NCBI GenBank assembly: GCA_003220935.1 | Contig: QHTT01000066.1 | Span: forward strand, 90,990 to 154,989 | Source of the DNA: Gemmatimonadota bacterium | GTDB taxonomy: Bacteria; Gemmatimonadota; Gemmatimonadetes; Gemmatimonadales; GWC2-71-9 | DNA: 64,000 bases | Direction: 5' to 3' | Shown: positions 28,521 through 38,919 of the stretch, in pieces | Position numbering within the stretch: position 1 is the first letter of the stretch | Layout of the letters: the number at the start of each line of letters is the position of its first letter | Program-made: the position numbers and the translations under genes | Notes under the pieces: generated by a model | Told to the model about the DNA's origin: nothing | What the model saw: only the letters and a program-made list of their open reading frames with translations | Databases searched by the model: none

Positions 28521-29453
28521 TCAGCTCCGCCGTAGCGACTCCCGCACGATGTTGCCGAGCAGAAAGGCGATGTTCGCCGGGCGCTCGGCGAGCCGCCGCA
28601 TGAGATAGGGGTACCAGTGGCCCCCAAACGGGACGTAGACCCGCACGTTGTAGCCCTCGCGGCGCAGGCTCAGCTGGAGGTCGCGGCGCACGCCGTACAG
28701 CATCTGGAACTCGAAGCGCTGGGGCGCGATGCCGGTCCGGCGGGCGAAGGCTTTCGCGTGCGCGATGATCCGGGCGTCATGCGTGGCGATTCCGGGATAG
28801 TCCCCGCGCTCGAGCAGCCGCTCCATGCAGCGGACGTAGTTCGCGTCCACGTCGCGCTTGTCCGGAAACGCGACCGTCGCCGGCTCCTGATATGCGCCCT
28901 TGCACAGCCGCACGCGGCCGCCCAGTGCGATCATCTCCTCCACGTCGCGCTCGGTGCGTCGCAGATACGACTGGAGCACGACGCCGACGACGTTCCCGAA
29001 CTCGGGATGGAACGTCCGCTTGAACAGCTGCAGCGTGTTCTCGGTATAGGCCGACTGCTCCATGTCGATCCGGACGAAGGTCCCGTAGCTTCGCGCTCTG
29101 GCCATGATCGCCCGGAGGTTCTCGACGCACACCCGCTCGTCGACCTCGAGCCCCATCTGGGTAAGCTTTACCGAGACGTTCGCGTCCGCGCCCACGGTGC
29201 GGATGCGGTCGAGGGTTTCCAGATAGGTGTCGCGCGCGGCGCGGGCTTCGGAGAGGCTCGTCACGGACTCGCCCAGCAGATCGAGGCTCGCGGCCATGCC
29301 ACTGGCGTTGAGCCCTTGGAGCGCAGCAACCGCGGCCTCGACCGTTTCACCCGCGACGAAGCGCGCGGCGAGACGGCGGGCAAGCCCGTTGCCTCGAATG
29401 AAGCCAAAGATGCGGGATTGCTCGCTGAGCCACAGGAGGCCGGCGCGGATCAT
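28521..29453 (-). CDS. Proline dehydrogenase (monofunctional PutA-like)
   Basis: 310 aa from ATG 29453. Family-typical segments are SVKLTQMGL, VRIDMEQS, LQSYL and LCKGAY...YVPFG. The upstream ORF-track extension overlaps the FadJ-like gene. Confidence 0.88.
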   Translation of the reverse strand: MIRAGLLWLSEQSRIFGFIRGNGLARRLAARFVAGETVEAAVAALQGLNASGMAASLDLLGESVTSLSEARAARDTYLETLDRIRTVGADANVSVKLTQMGLEVDERVCVENLRAIMARARSYGTFVRIDMEQSAYTENTLQLFKRTFHPEFGNVVGVVLQSYLRRTERDVEEMIALGGRVRLCKGAYQEPATVAFPDKRDVDANYVRCMERLLERGDYPGIATHDARIIAHAKAFARRTGIAPQRFEFQMLYGVRRDLQLSLRREGYNVRVYVPFGGHWYPYLMRRLAERPANIAFLLGNIVRESLRRS

Positions 29454-29466
29454 CAGGTGTGGAGCG

Positions 29467-31595
<2,129 letters not shown>

Positions 31596-31596
<1 letters not shown>

Positions 31597-32855
31597 CAGC
31601 GGCGCTCCAGCACCATCGCGAAGCCCATGCCGCCCTGCGCGCAGATCGAGAGCAACCCGAACTGCACGTCGCGGCGCGCCATCTCGTTGGCGAGCGTCGT
31701 GACGATGCGTGCACCGGTAGCACCGAAGGGATGCCCGATCGCGATCGAGCCCCCCATCACGTTGATGATCTCGGGGTCGATCTCCCAACCTAACGCCCGC
31801 CATCCCTGCAGGTTCGAGAGCACCTGCGCCGCGAACGCCTCGTGTACTTCCACCAGGCCCAGATCCCGCCACTCGATCCCGGCGCGCTCGAGCGCCTTGG
31901 GAACCGCGAAGATCGGGGCCTGCAACAGCTGCCAGCCGGGGTCGACGGCGGCGACCGCGTACGACCGGATGTACGCGAGCGGCGTGTACCCGAGCGCACG
32001 CGCCGCGGCGTCGCTGGTGAGCAGCACCGCCGCGGCGCCGTCGGTGAGCGGCGAGGAGTTCGCGGCCGTCACGCTGCCGTAACGACGGTCGAACACCGGC
32101 TTGAGCTTCGCCATCTGCTCGAGCGAGGTGTCCCGCCGGATGCCGTTGTCCTGGGAAACCACGGGCTCCCCGGTCCGGGCCGGGAGCCACGGCACGATCT
32201 CGGCGGTGAGGCGACCGTCGTCCGTGCCCTGGGCGGCGCGCTGGTGGCTCCGCAGCGCCCACTCGTCCTGCGCGGCGCGAGCGATGCCGTTCTGCTTCGC
32301 CATCTTCTCGGCTGACTGCCCCATCGTTTCCCCCGTCGAAGGCTCGGCGATCGCGGGGGAGATCGGCACGAGATCGCGAGGACGGATGCGACTGAACGTC
32401 TTGAGCCTGGCGGGCAGTGTCTTCGCCCGGCTCGCCTCGACCAGGAGGTCGGCGAGGCGGCGCGAGGCGAGGATCGGGATGTCGGAGAGCGATTCCACGC
32501 CTCCCGCGATCACCACGTTCGCATGGCCGAGCGCGATCTGATCGTGGGCGTTGGAGACCGCCTGACCGGCGGAAGCGCAGGCGCGATTGAGGGAGTACGC
32601 TGGGATCTCTTTCGGGAACTGGGGGAGGAGGCTCACTTCGCGGGCGACGTTCGGGACGAGCGCCGATGGGACGACTTGCCCGAAGACCACCTCATCCACC
32701 TCCGTGCCTTCCAGGTTGGTTCGCTCGAGCAGCTCACGGGCCACGTAGCGGGCCAGGTCCACGGCGCGCGCGTCCTTGAGCGCGGTGCCCGACTTGCAAA
32801 ACGGCGTGCGACACCCGGCGATGATCGCGACCCGCCGTCCGTTTCTTTCAGACAT
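31596..32855 (-). CDS. Acetyl-CoA C-acyltransferase (thiolase, FadI/FadA-like)
   Basis: 419 aa from ATG 32855, with GGAGG 8 nt upstream. Motifs are LNRACASAGQA (Cys nucleophile), NVMGGSIAIGHPFGATG and ICAQGGMG. Confidence 0.92.
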
Positions 32856-32877
32856 TACATTCCCCTCCGCACGAGTA

Positions 32878-32896
32878 CGCGCCCTGAGAGGGCGCG
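32878..32896. promoter_or_regulatory. Palindrome C-GCGCCCT-GAG-AGGGCGC-G in the divergent thiolase/glpD promoter region
   Basis: 8-bp perfect arms with a 3-nt centre. Confidence 0.45.
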
Positions 32897-32908
32897 CTCG
32901 GCCCGGGC

Positions 32909-32924
32909 GCGTCCTGTAGGACGC
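32909..32924. promoter_or_regulatory. Related palindrome GCGTCCT-GT-AGGACGC
   Basis: 7-bp perfect arms. Same GCGYCCT/AGGRCGC half-site as 32878-32896, centred about 30 bp away. Confidence 0.45.
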
Positions 32925-32927
32925 ACG

Positions 32928-34673
32928 ATGCCCGAGCCCGGGACGAAACCTACCACAGGGCCCGCGGACCGGCCAAGACACGTCGTGACGACCGAACCGG
33001 AGTTCTCGCACCGCACTCGCGCCGCCGCACTTCGTGCGATGGCTGCGGAGCCCGTAGACCTGCTCGTGATCGGCGGCGGCATCACGGGCGCCGGCGTCGC
33101 CCGCGACGCAGCGTTACGCGGCATCCGCACGGCGCTGGTGGACAAGGGCGACTTCGGCGGCGGGACGTCTTCGCACTCCTCACGCTTAATTCACGGGGGG
33201 CTGCGCTACCTCGAGCAGCGCGCCTTCCGCCTCGTGTTCGAGGCGAGCCGCGAGCGGCGCGTGCTGCTCACGATCGCGCCGCATCTCGTCCGGCCGCTCG
33301 CGTTTCTCTTCCCTGCCTATCGTGGCGCGCGCGTGCCGGCGTGGCAGCTCCGCGCGGGTCTATGGCTGTACGACCTGCTCGCGGCGTTCCGCAACGTGCG
33401 CGCGCACCGCTGGCTCGGGCGCAAGGCGGTGCTGCGCGTCGAGGCCGGCTTGCGCGAGCGGGACCTGCTGGGCGCCGGGCTGTACTATGACGCGCAGACG
33501 GACGACGCGCGGCTCGTCATCGCAACGATACGGAGCGCTGCGCAGGCGGGGGCGCTGGTCGCCAACTACACGGAGGCGTCTAGCCTCCTGAAGCCCGATG
33601 GGCGGGTCCGCGGTGCGACGCTGCGGGAGGCCCTGACCGGGGCGACGTGCACCGCGCGCGCGCTCATCGTCGTGAACGCCACGGGTCCGTGGCTCGACCG
33701 CGTGCGGCGACTCGACGATCCCCGGGCGGAGCCGCTGCTGCGGCTCACCAAGGGCACGCACGTGGTCGTACCCCGGCAGCGCCTCGGCAATGCGCACGCC
33801 GTGACGCTCACTTCGCCGATAGACGGGCGCGTGATGTTCGTCTTGCCGTGGGGAGACCAGACCTACATCGGGACGACCGACACCGACGAAGATGCCTCGC
33901 CCGACGAGGTGCGGGCGACCGCCGACGACGTGATCTATCTCCTCCGCTCGGCCAACGCCTTCTTCCCGCAGGCCCGCCTCGCGCCCACGGACGTCGTAGG
34001 CACCTGGGCGGGACTGCGCCCGCTGCTCGCCCCACCGCGAGACGTCTCGGCATCGGACGTCTCGCGCGAGCACCGGATCGTCGAGAGCCCGAGCGGGCTG
34101 ATCACGATCGCGGGTGGCAAACTCACAACATACCGCGTGATGGGGCAGGACGTTGCGGAGCGCGTGGCCGCGCGGCTGCACGAACTGGACGGCCGGCCCC
34201 GGGCCGCCGCCCCGCGGACCGATCGGCTCCCGCTCCCGGGCGGCGAAACCGCCGACCTCGAAGTGCTGGTCGACTCGGCCAAAGCGCGCGGCGTGCTGGA
34301 GTCGACGGCGCGGCACCTCGTCCAGCGCTACGGCAGTGAGTCGGCAGCGGTTCTGAACCGGGTGGACCGCGACCGCGCGCTGGGCCGGCCGATCGTCGGA
34401 GGGCGTCCGGAGATCTGGGCAGAAGTCGTCCACGCCGTCGAGCGCGAGATGGCGCTGCGGCTGGCGGACGTGCTGGTCCGGCGGCTGCACCTGTTCTACG
34501 AGATGGGCAGCCATGCCGCCGGCGCGGCCCCAGCCGTCGCAGCGAGCATGGCCGATCTGCTCGGCTGGGATGCGACTCGCGTGGCCCAGGAGCTAGCCGA
34601 CTATGGCGCACTCGCCGATCGCGCGCGAACATTCCTCAAGGACACGCCGCGACTGAACACGGAGTCCGGATGA
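32928..34673 (+). CDS. glpD: FAD-dependent glycerol-3-phosphate dehydrogenase
   Basis: 581 aa. FAD motif DLLVIGGGITGAGVARDAALRG and SSRLIHGGLRYLE, with a GlpD-type C-terminal domain. An internal ATG giving MAAEPVD is an alternative start. Confidence 0.88.
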   Translation: MPEPGTKPTTGPADRPRHVVTTEPEFSHRTRAAALRAMAAEPVDLLVIGGGITGAGVARDAALRGIRTALVDKGDFGGGTSSHSSRLIHGGLRYLEQRAFRLVFEASRERRVLLTIAPHLVRPLAFLFPAYRGARVPAWQLRAGLWLYDLLAAFRNVRAHRWLGRKAVLRVEAGLRERDLLGAGLYYDAQTDDARLVIATIRSAAQAGALVANYTEASSLLKPDGRVRGATLREALTGATCTARALIVVNATGPWLDRVRRLDDPRAEPLLRLTKGTHVVVPRQRLGNAHAVTLTSPIDGRVMFVLPWGDQTYIGTTDTDEDASPDEVRATADDVIYLLRSANAFFPQARLAPTDVVGTWAGLRPLLAPPRDVSASDVSREHRIVESPSGLITIAGGKLTTYRVMGQDVAERVAARLHELDGRPRAAAPRTDRLPLPGGETADLEVLVDSAKARGVLESTARHLVQRYGSESAAVLNRVDRDRALGRPIVGGRPEIWAEVVHAVEREMALRLADVLVRRLHLFYEMGSHAAGAAPAVAASMADLLGWDATRVAQELADYGALADRARTFLKDTPRLNTESG

Positions 34674-34719
34674 TGCTTGCCAAGCCCCGCGACCGCCGAT
34701 ACTATCTCTCCCGCTACAC

Positions 34720-35625
34720 ATGGGTTCCGAGCATCAAGTGCTCCGCCGCCGCTCCAGCATCGTGCGGGTGGTCCTGTTCGGCCTCTCCCTGTTGGGAGGC
34801 TGTGCGCGCGAGCACGCTCCGGCGCGCGACCGGAGCGCGGCCGCTGCACCGGCGCTGCACGGTCCCGCCGACTCCCTGATCCCCCCCGGCCCGCTCGGCG
34901 CCGCGATCCAGCGTGGTCGCGCCCTCCTCCTTGCCACCCGCGACAGCCTGCCGAGTCACGTCGGCAACAACCTGCGTTGCGTCAGCTGTCACCTCGACGC
35001 GGGCCGCCGCCACGCGATGGGCTCGTGGGTGGGCGTCTACGCGCGCTACCCGCAGTACCGCCCCCGCAGCGCGACGGTCGAAACGATTGAGTACCGCGTG
35101 AACGACTGCTTCCGGCGCAGCATGAACGGCGCGCCGCTCGCCGTCGACGGCGCCGAGATGCGGGACATCATTGCGTACCTCTGGTTTCTGTCGCGCGACG
35201 TCCCGATCGAGCCCGCCGCGCCGGGCAATCGGCTCCAGCAGTGGGCCCAGCTGACGGCGGACACGACGGCGGGGGCGGCGGTGTACGCCGCCAGCTGCAC
35301 GAAGTGTCACGGCCCGACGGGTCAGGGGACGGCCGTCGCGCCGCCCGTGTGGGGGCCTCAGTCATACAACATCGGCGCCGGGATGGCGCGCATCCGCACG
35401 GCGGCGGCGTTCATCAAGGAGAACATGCCGTTCGATCTGCCGGGCACGCTCACCGACCAGCAGGCGTTCGATGTCGCGGCCTACGTCAGCGCGCACCCGC
35501 GGCCGGACTTCCCCGAAAAGATGCACGACTGGCCGAACGGCGACGCGCCGCCCGACGTCGCCTACCCTACACTCGCCGCCCAGCGGAAGTCGGCGGGCGC
35601 GCCCGCGAAGCCGCACGCACCCTAG
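34720..35625 (+). CDS. Lipoprotein diheme c-type cytochrome, TsdA-like (thiosulfate dehydrogenase family)
   Basis: 301 aa with lipobox LLGGC and two CxxCH motifs (CVSCH, CTKCH). A Cys lies 39 residues after the heme-1 His (NDCFRRSMNG). An NMP motif lies about 39 residues after the heme-2 His, as in TsdA enzymes. Confidence 0.75.
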   Translation: MGSEHQVLRRRSSIVRVVLFGLSLLGGCAREHAPARDRSAAAAPALHGPADSLIPPGPLGAAIQRGRALLLATRDSLPSHVGNNLRCVSCHLDAGRRHAMGSWVGVYARYPQYRPRSATVETIEYRVNDCFRRSMNGAPLAVDGAEMRDIIAYLWFLSRDVPIEPAAPGNRLQQWAQLTADTTAGAAVYAASCTKCHGPTGQGTAVAPPVWGPQSYNIGAGMARIRTAAAFIKENMPFDLPGTLTDQQAFDVAAYVSAHPRPDFPEKMHDWPNGDAPPDVAYPTLAAQRKSAGAPAKPHAP

Positions 35626-35657
35626 TCCACAATGCACCCATTGATAGAGGAGGTCGC

Positions 35658-36353
35658 ATGTTCGAGCTCGGCCGCTCCACCACACACCGTCGCGGCTTTT
35701 TGGGGCGTATCGCCGCCAGCGCCGCCGCCTTTGGCCTAGGTGGGCTCGTCGCCCCGCTTGATGCAGCGGCCCGGCCCACGCGCGCCGCGACCGGGGCCTC
35801 GGCGAATCCCGAATTCGAGGCATGGCTGAACAAGATCACCGGGAAGCACAAGATGGTCTACGACGTCCCCGAGCCGAACGACGGCTTCGCGTTCGCGTGG
35901 GCCCGCGTGTTCCTCAACACCACGAACGAGACCTACGGCACCACGGATGCGGACAACACCGTAGTGATCGTGCTCCGTCATTCGGGGATTCCCTACGCGA
36001 TGGAGAGTGCGATGTGGGCGAAGTACAAGTTCGGTGACGCGTTTAAGATCACCGATCCCGCGACGAAGGGGCCCGCCATCCGGCATCCCCTCATCCATCT
36101 CAAACCCGGCGACGTGCCGTTCCCCGGCATGGGCACCGACGAGTTGCTGGCGAAGGGTGTCCTCATCGGCGTGTGCAACATCGCCCTCACCTTCAACAGT
36201 ATGCGGTTGGCGAAAGAGATGGGCATGCAGGCCGAGGCCATCAAGAAGGACTGGGTCGCCAACCTGCTCCCAGGCGTTCTGGTAGTGCCCTCGGGCGTGA
36301 TCGCGGTGAACCGCTCCCAGGAGAAGGGCTGCACGTACTGCTTCGCCGGGTGA
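35658..36353 (+). CDS. Tat-exported DsrE-like (COG1416-type) protein with a Cys-rich C-terminal tail
   Basis: 231 aa with GAGGAGG SD and twin-arginine signal HRRGFLGRIAASAAAF. IGVCNIAL...LLPGVLVVPSGVIAVNRSQEKGCTYCFAG follows the DsrE-like pattern. Confidence 0.65.
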   Translation: MFELGRSTTHRRGFLGRIAASAAAFGLGGLVAPLDAAARPTRAATGASANPEFEAWLNKITGKHKMVYDVPEPNDGFAFAWARVFLNTTNETYGTTDADNTVVIVLRHSGIPYAMESAMWAKYKFGDAFKITDPATKGPAIRHPLIHLKPGDVPFPGMGTDELLAKGVLIGVCNIALTFNSMRLAKEMGMQAEAIKKDWVANLLPGVLVVPSGVIAVNRSQEKGCTYCFAG

Positions 36354-36362
36354 AGAACAAGC

Positions 36363-36395
36363 GGGGTCCGGAGAGCCCCCGGCTCGCCGGACCCC
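36363..36395. terminator. Bidirectional hairpin between convergent genes (GGGGTCCGG ... CCGGACCCC)
   Basis: 9-bp perfect stem with a 15-nt loop in the 57-bp convergent spacer. Confidence 0.5.
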
Positions 36396-36410
36396 TGACA
36401 CGCCCGTCGC

Positions 36411-37805
36411 CTAGATCCGCTTCTTCACCTTCGGCCGAACGCGCACCCGCAGGCTCCGGTCCTCGTCGTCGATCTGGCTCAGCGCCCAACGCGCGGCATC
36501 CTGCACGTCGCGGGACTCGTCCTGGAGCGCCGCCTTGAGGGGCTCGATCGCGCGCGAGCTCTCGAGCTGGCCCAGCGCCCACGCCGCCGCGATCCGCACG
36601 GCCGGCTCGCGGTCTTTGAGCGCGGCCGCCAGGGGATCGACGGCGGCGGCATCCTCGATCTCACCCAGCGCCCACGCAGCGAGCTGGCGGGTTTCCGAAT
36701 CGGGATCTTTGAGCGCGGCGCCCAGCGGGTCGACTGCGCTCCGGTCCTCGATCTGACCGAGCGCCCAGATGGCGGCGCGTCTCACGTCGGGCGACTCGTC
36801 GTGCACCAGGGCGCCGAGGCCGCGCACGGCGCGCGGGCTCTCGATCTCCCCCAGAGCGTGCGTGGCGGCCAGCCGCACCTGGGGATCCCGATCGCGCAGC
36901 AGCGGCAGCAGCAGATCCACTCCGTCCTTGTCCTCGATCTCTCCCAGCGCCCAGACGGCCGCGCGGCGCACGTCGGGCGACGGATCTCTGAGCGCCTCGC
37001 CCAGCACAGGCACGGCGCGCGCGCTCTCGATCTCGCCCAGCGCCCAGGCCGCGACCGCTCGCACCTCGGAGGAGCGGTCCCGCAGCGCCTGGCTCAGGGG
37101 CTCAATCGCCTGGGGGCTCTGCACCTCACCCAGGGCCCACGCCGCGGCCCGCCGCACGGGAACGGCGTCGTCCGTCAGGGCGTTCGCCAACCCGCCAATT
37201 GAGCTCGAGTCCGCGATCTCCCCTAGACCGCGCGCTGCCATCGCCCGAACAGCTGCGTCCCGGTCCCGGAGCGCGTTCTGCAGCGGGCGGAGTGCGCGCC
37301 GGTCGTCCAGCTCGCCGAGACCGAGCGCCCCTGTCTCGCGCGGCCCCGGGCTGGCGTCCTCGAGCAGCGCGAGGAACGCATCATAGCTCGCCGGCGAGCG
37401 CGCCCGGCCGAGCACCCGCGCCGCGATGTTCCGCACACAGCGGTTGTCGTCGCGTAGCACCGCGCGGAACGCCCCAGAGACGACCGCGTCCCCGCCGTAC
37501 CAGGCGGGGCCGTGGCGCACGTGCACCCGGACGTGGGGCACCCGGATACCCATGCGCATCGCCATCGGCATCGGCATCGGGGTGGGCATCGGCATCGGCA
37601 TGGGTGTCGGCAACAGCCTCGGCTCCCCGGGGAAGCCCCAGGAGTTACTGATCGCCTGTCCGGCGAGGTCGCAAACGGTCGAGTCGGACGTCTTGAGAAG
37701 CGCGAGGACACGGGCGACTGCGCTTGAGTCCATGGGGGCGTCGAGCGCTCGTTGGGCGGCGAGCCGAGTCGCGACGAGCAGAAGGACGGCTGGCCAGCGG
37801 AGCAT
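36411..37805 (-). CDS. Secreted HEAT-repeat (PBS-lyase-type) protein with an N-terminal (Met-Pro)n tract
   Basis: 464 aa with signal peptide MLRWPAVLLLVATRLAAQ. It carries 10.5 contiguous 31-aa repeats of the form D..VR..AAWALGEIE....V.PL..AL. Confidence 0.85.
   Translation of the reverse strand: MLRWPAVLLLVATRLAAQRALDAPMDSSAVARVLALLKTSDSTVCDLAGQAISNSWGFPGEPRLLPTPMPMPMPTPMPMPMAMRMGIRVPHVRVHVRHGPAWYGGDAVVSGAFRAVLRDDNRCVRNIAARVLGRARSPASYDAFLALLEDASPGPRETGALGLGELDDRRALRPLQNALRDRDAAVRAMAARGLGEIADSSSIGGLANALTDDAVPVRRAAAWALGEVQSPQAIEPLSQALRDRSSEVRAVAAWALGEIESARAVPVLGEALRDPSPDVRRAAVWALGEIEDKDGVDLLLPLLRDRDPQVRLAATHALGEIESPRAVRGLGALVHDESPDVRRAAIWALGQIEDRSAVDPLGAALKDPDSETRQLAAWALGEIEDAAAVDPLAAALKDREPAVRIAAAWALGQLESSRAIEPLKAALQDESRDVQDAARWALSQIDDEDRSLRVRVRPKVKKRI
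36459..37451 (-). repeat. 93-bp (31-codon) tandem coding repeats of the HEAT array
   Basis: The recurrent DNA motif CTCGATCTC.CCCAGCGCCCA recurs every 93 bp on the plus strand. Confidence 0.8.
37551..37610 (-). repeat. Hexanucleotide (ATGCCG)n coding microsatellite encoding PTPMPMPMPTPMPMPMAMRM
   Basis: The plus strand reads (GGCATC/GGCATG) repeats. There are two blocks of three perfect ATGCCG units separated by CCCACCCCG. Confidence 0.85.
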
Positions 37806-37911
37806 GGAGGACCTCGACGGAAAGGGAGAGGGCGTGGTTGCTCACCGGGCGCCAAACAGTGGGATGTGTGGCTGGGGTGAAAGGTTGCAGGGAGCCGATT
37901 GGACACCGCTT

Positions 37912-38919
37912 TCATCTCCACCCCCGCAGGCTCCTGATGAAATCCCCCAGGACGAGGAACTTTTCGAACACCGGCACGCCCTTCCGCTTACGCCCGAACT
38001 CGGCGAACAGCTCCCGCAGCCGGCCTCGCCGCGCCACGTAGAAGCGGAACGTCTCGGCGAAATCTTCCTGTGGGTGTGTCGCGGCGTATGCGGTGACGTA
38101 GTTCGGCAGGGTCGTGGTCACACCGCGGCGCTCGAAGTCCACCCACTTCGAGTCCGCCACGCGATACACCTTGCGCACTTCGCCGAAGGCGCGGCGGAAC
38201 CGTCCCGTGCGCGTGAACGACCAGTTGTGATACAGAAACGAGTGGCCGAGCTCGTGCAAGATCAGGCCGGTGAGCATGTTCCACGAGATCTCGTCGCGCC
38301 ACCGCTTCCCAGTGACGTAGCGCCGCTCGATCTCGATGACCTTGGGCGAGCGGTGCGTCACACCCGACACACCCGGCCGGAGCAGCACGCGGTAGTTCCA
38401 GTCCTTGAGCCGTGACACGACGAGCAGCTGGCGCACGCGGCGCAGCGCCTGGCGGATGAGGTCGCGCCCGGTTGCGTCCTCGCCGCACCACGGACAGACG
38501 TCCATCCAGTCGTCCACACCCTTGCTGCAGTGCGGGCAGATGTTCTGGTAGCCGTCGTAACGCCACTTCTGGGGCCGGCCGCACCAGGGGCAGTACGCCA
38601 TCGGGTACATCACGCCACCGCCGCACCCCCAGCGGCAGCGCCGCTCGTACTTGAACCCTTTCGGAGCCTTGAGCGGCTCGGGGCTCGACGCCTCGTCCGT
38701 GATGTCGCGCCCGCACCAGGGACAGAACGAGAAGGCGTCGGAGACGATCCAGCCGCAGTAGTAGCACTCGGCGCCCGTCGCCTTCTGCGTGTCGCGCCAC
38801 TCCAGCCGCCGCCCGCAGTTGGAGCAGTGCGACCAGAAGCGCTCCAGCTCCGCACCGCACGTCGGGCAGCGCAGCTCCGGCGTCGGCACCTCGCGACGCC
38901 GCCCCACGGGCTTAGCCAT
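37912..38919 (-). CDS. Four tandem zinc-ribbons fused to a putative HExxH zinc metallopeptidase domain
   Basis: 335 aa. The ribbons are CPTC..CSNC, CYYC..CPWC, C..C..CPWC and CPHC..CPWC. The C-terminus carries LILHELGHSF and HPQEDFAETF. The start overlaps the upstream stop by 8 nt. Confidence 0.75.
   Translation of the reverse strand: MAKPVGRRREVPTPELRCPTCGAELERFWSHCSNCGRRLEWRDTQKATGAECYYCGWIVSDAFSFCPWCGRDITDEASSPEPLKAPKGFKYERRCRWGCGGGVMYPMAYCPWCGRPQKWRYDGYQNICPHCSKGVDDWMDVCPWCGEDATGRDLIRQALRRVRQLLVVSRLKDWNYRVLLRPGVSGVTHRSPKVIEIERRYVTGKRWRDEISWNMLTGLILHELGHSFLYHNWSFTRTGRFRRAFGEVRKVYRVADSKWVDFERRGVTTTLPNYVTAYAATHPQEDFAETFRFYVARRGRLRELFAEFGRKRKGVPVFEKFLVLGDFIRSLRGWR

Noticed and set aside
36459-37451. 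Regularly spaced 93-bp repeats that could superficially suggest a CRISPR-like array
   Set aside because: The repeats are contiguous with no unique spacers, lie in one long ORF and translate to canonical HEAT units.
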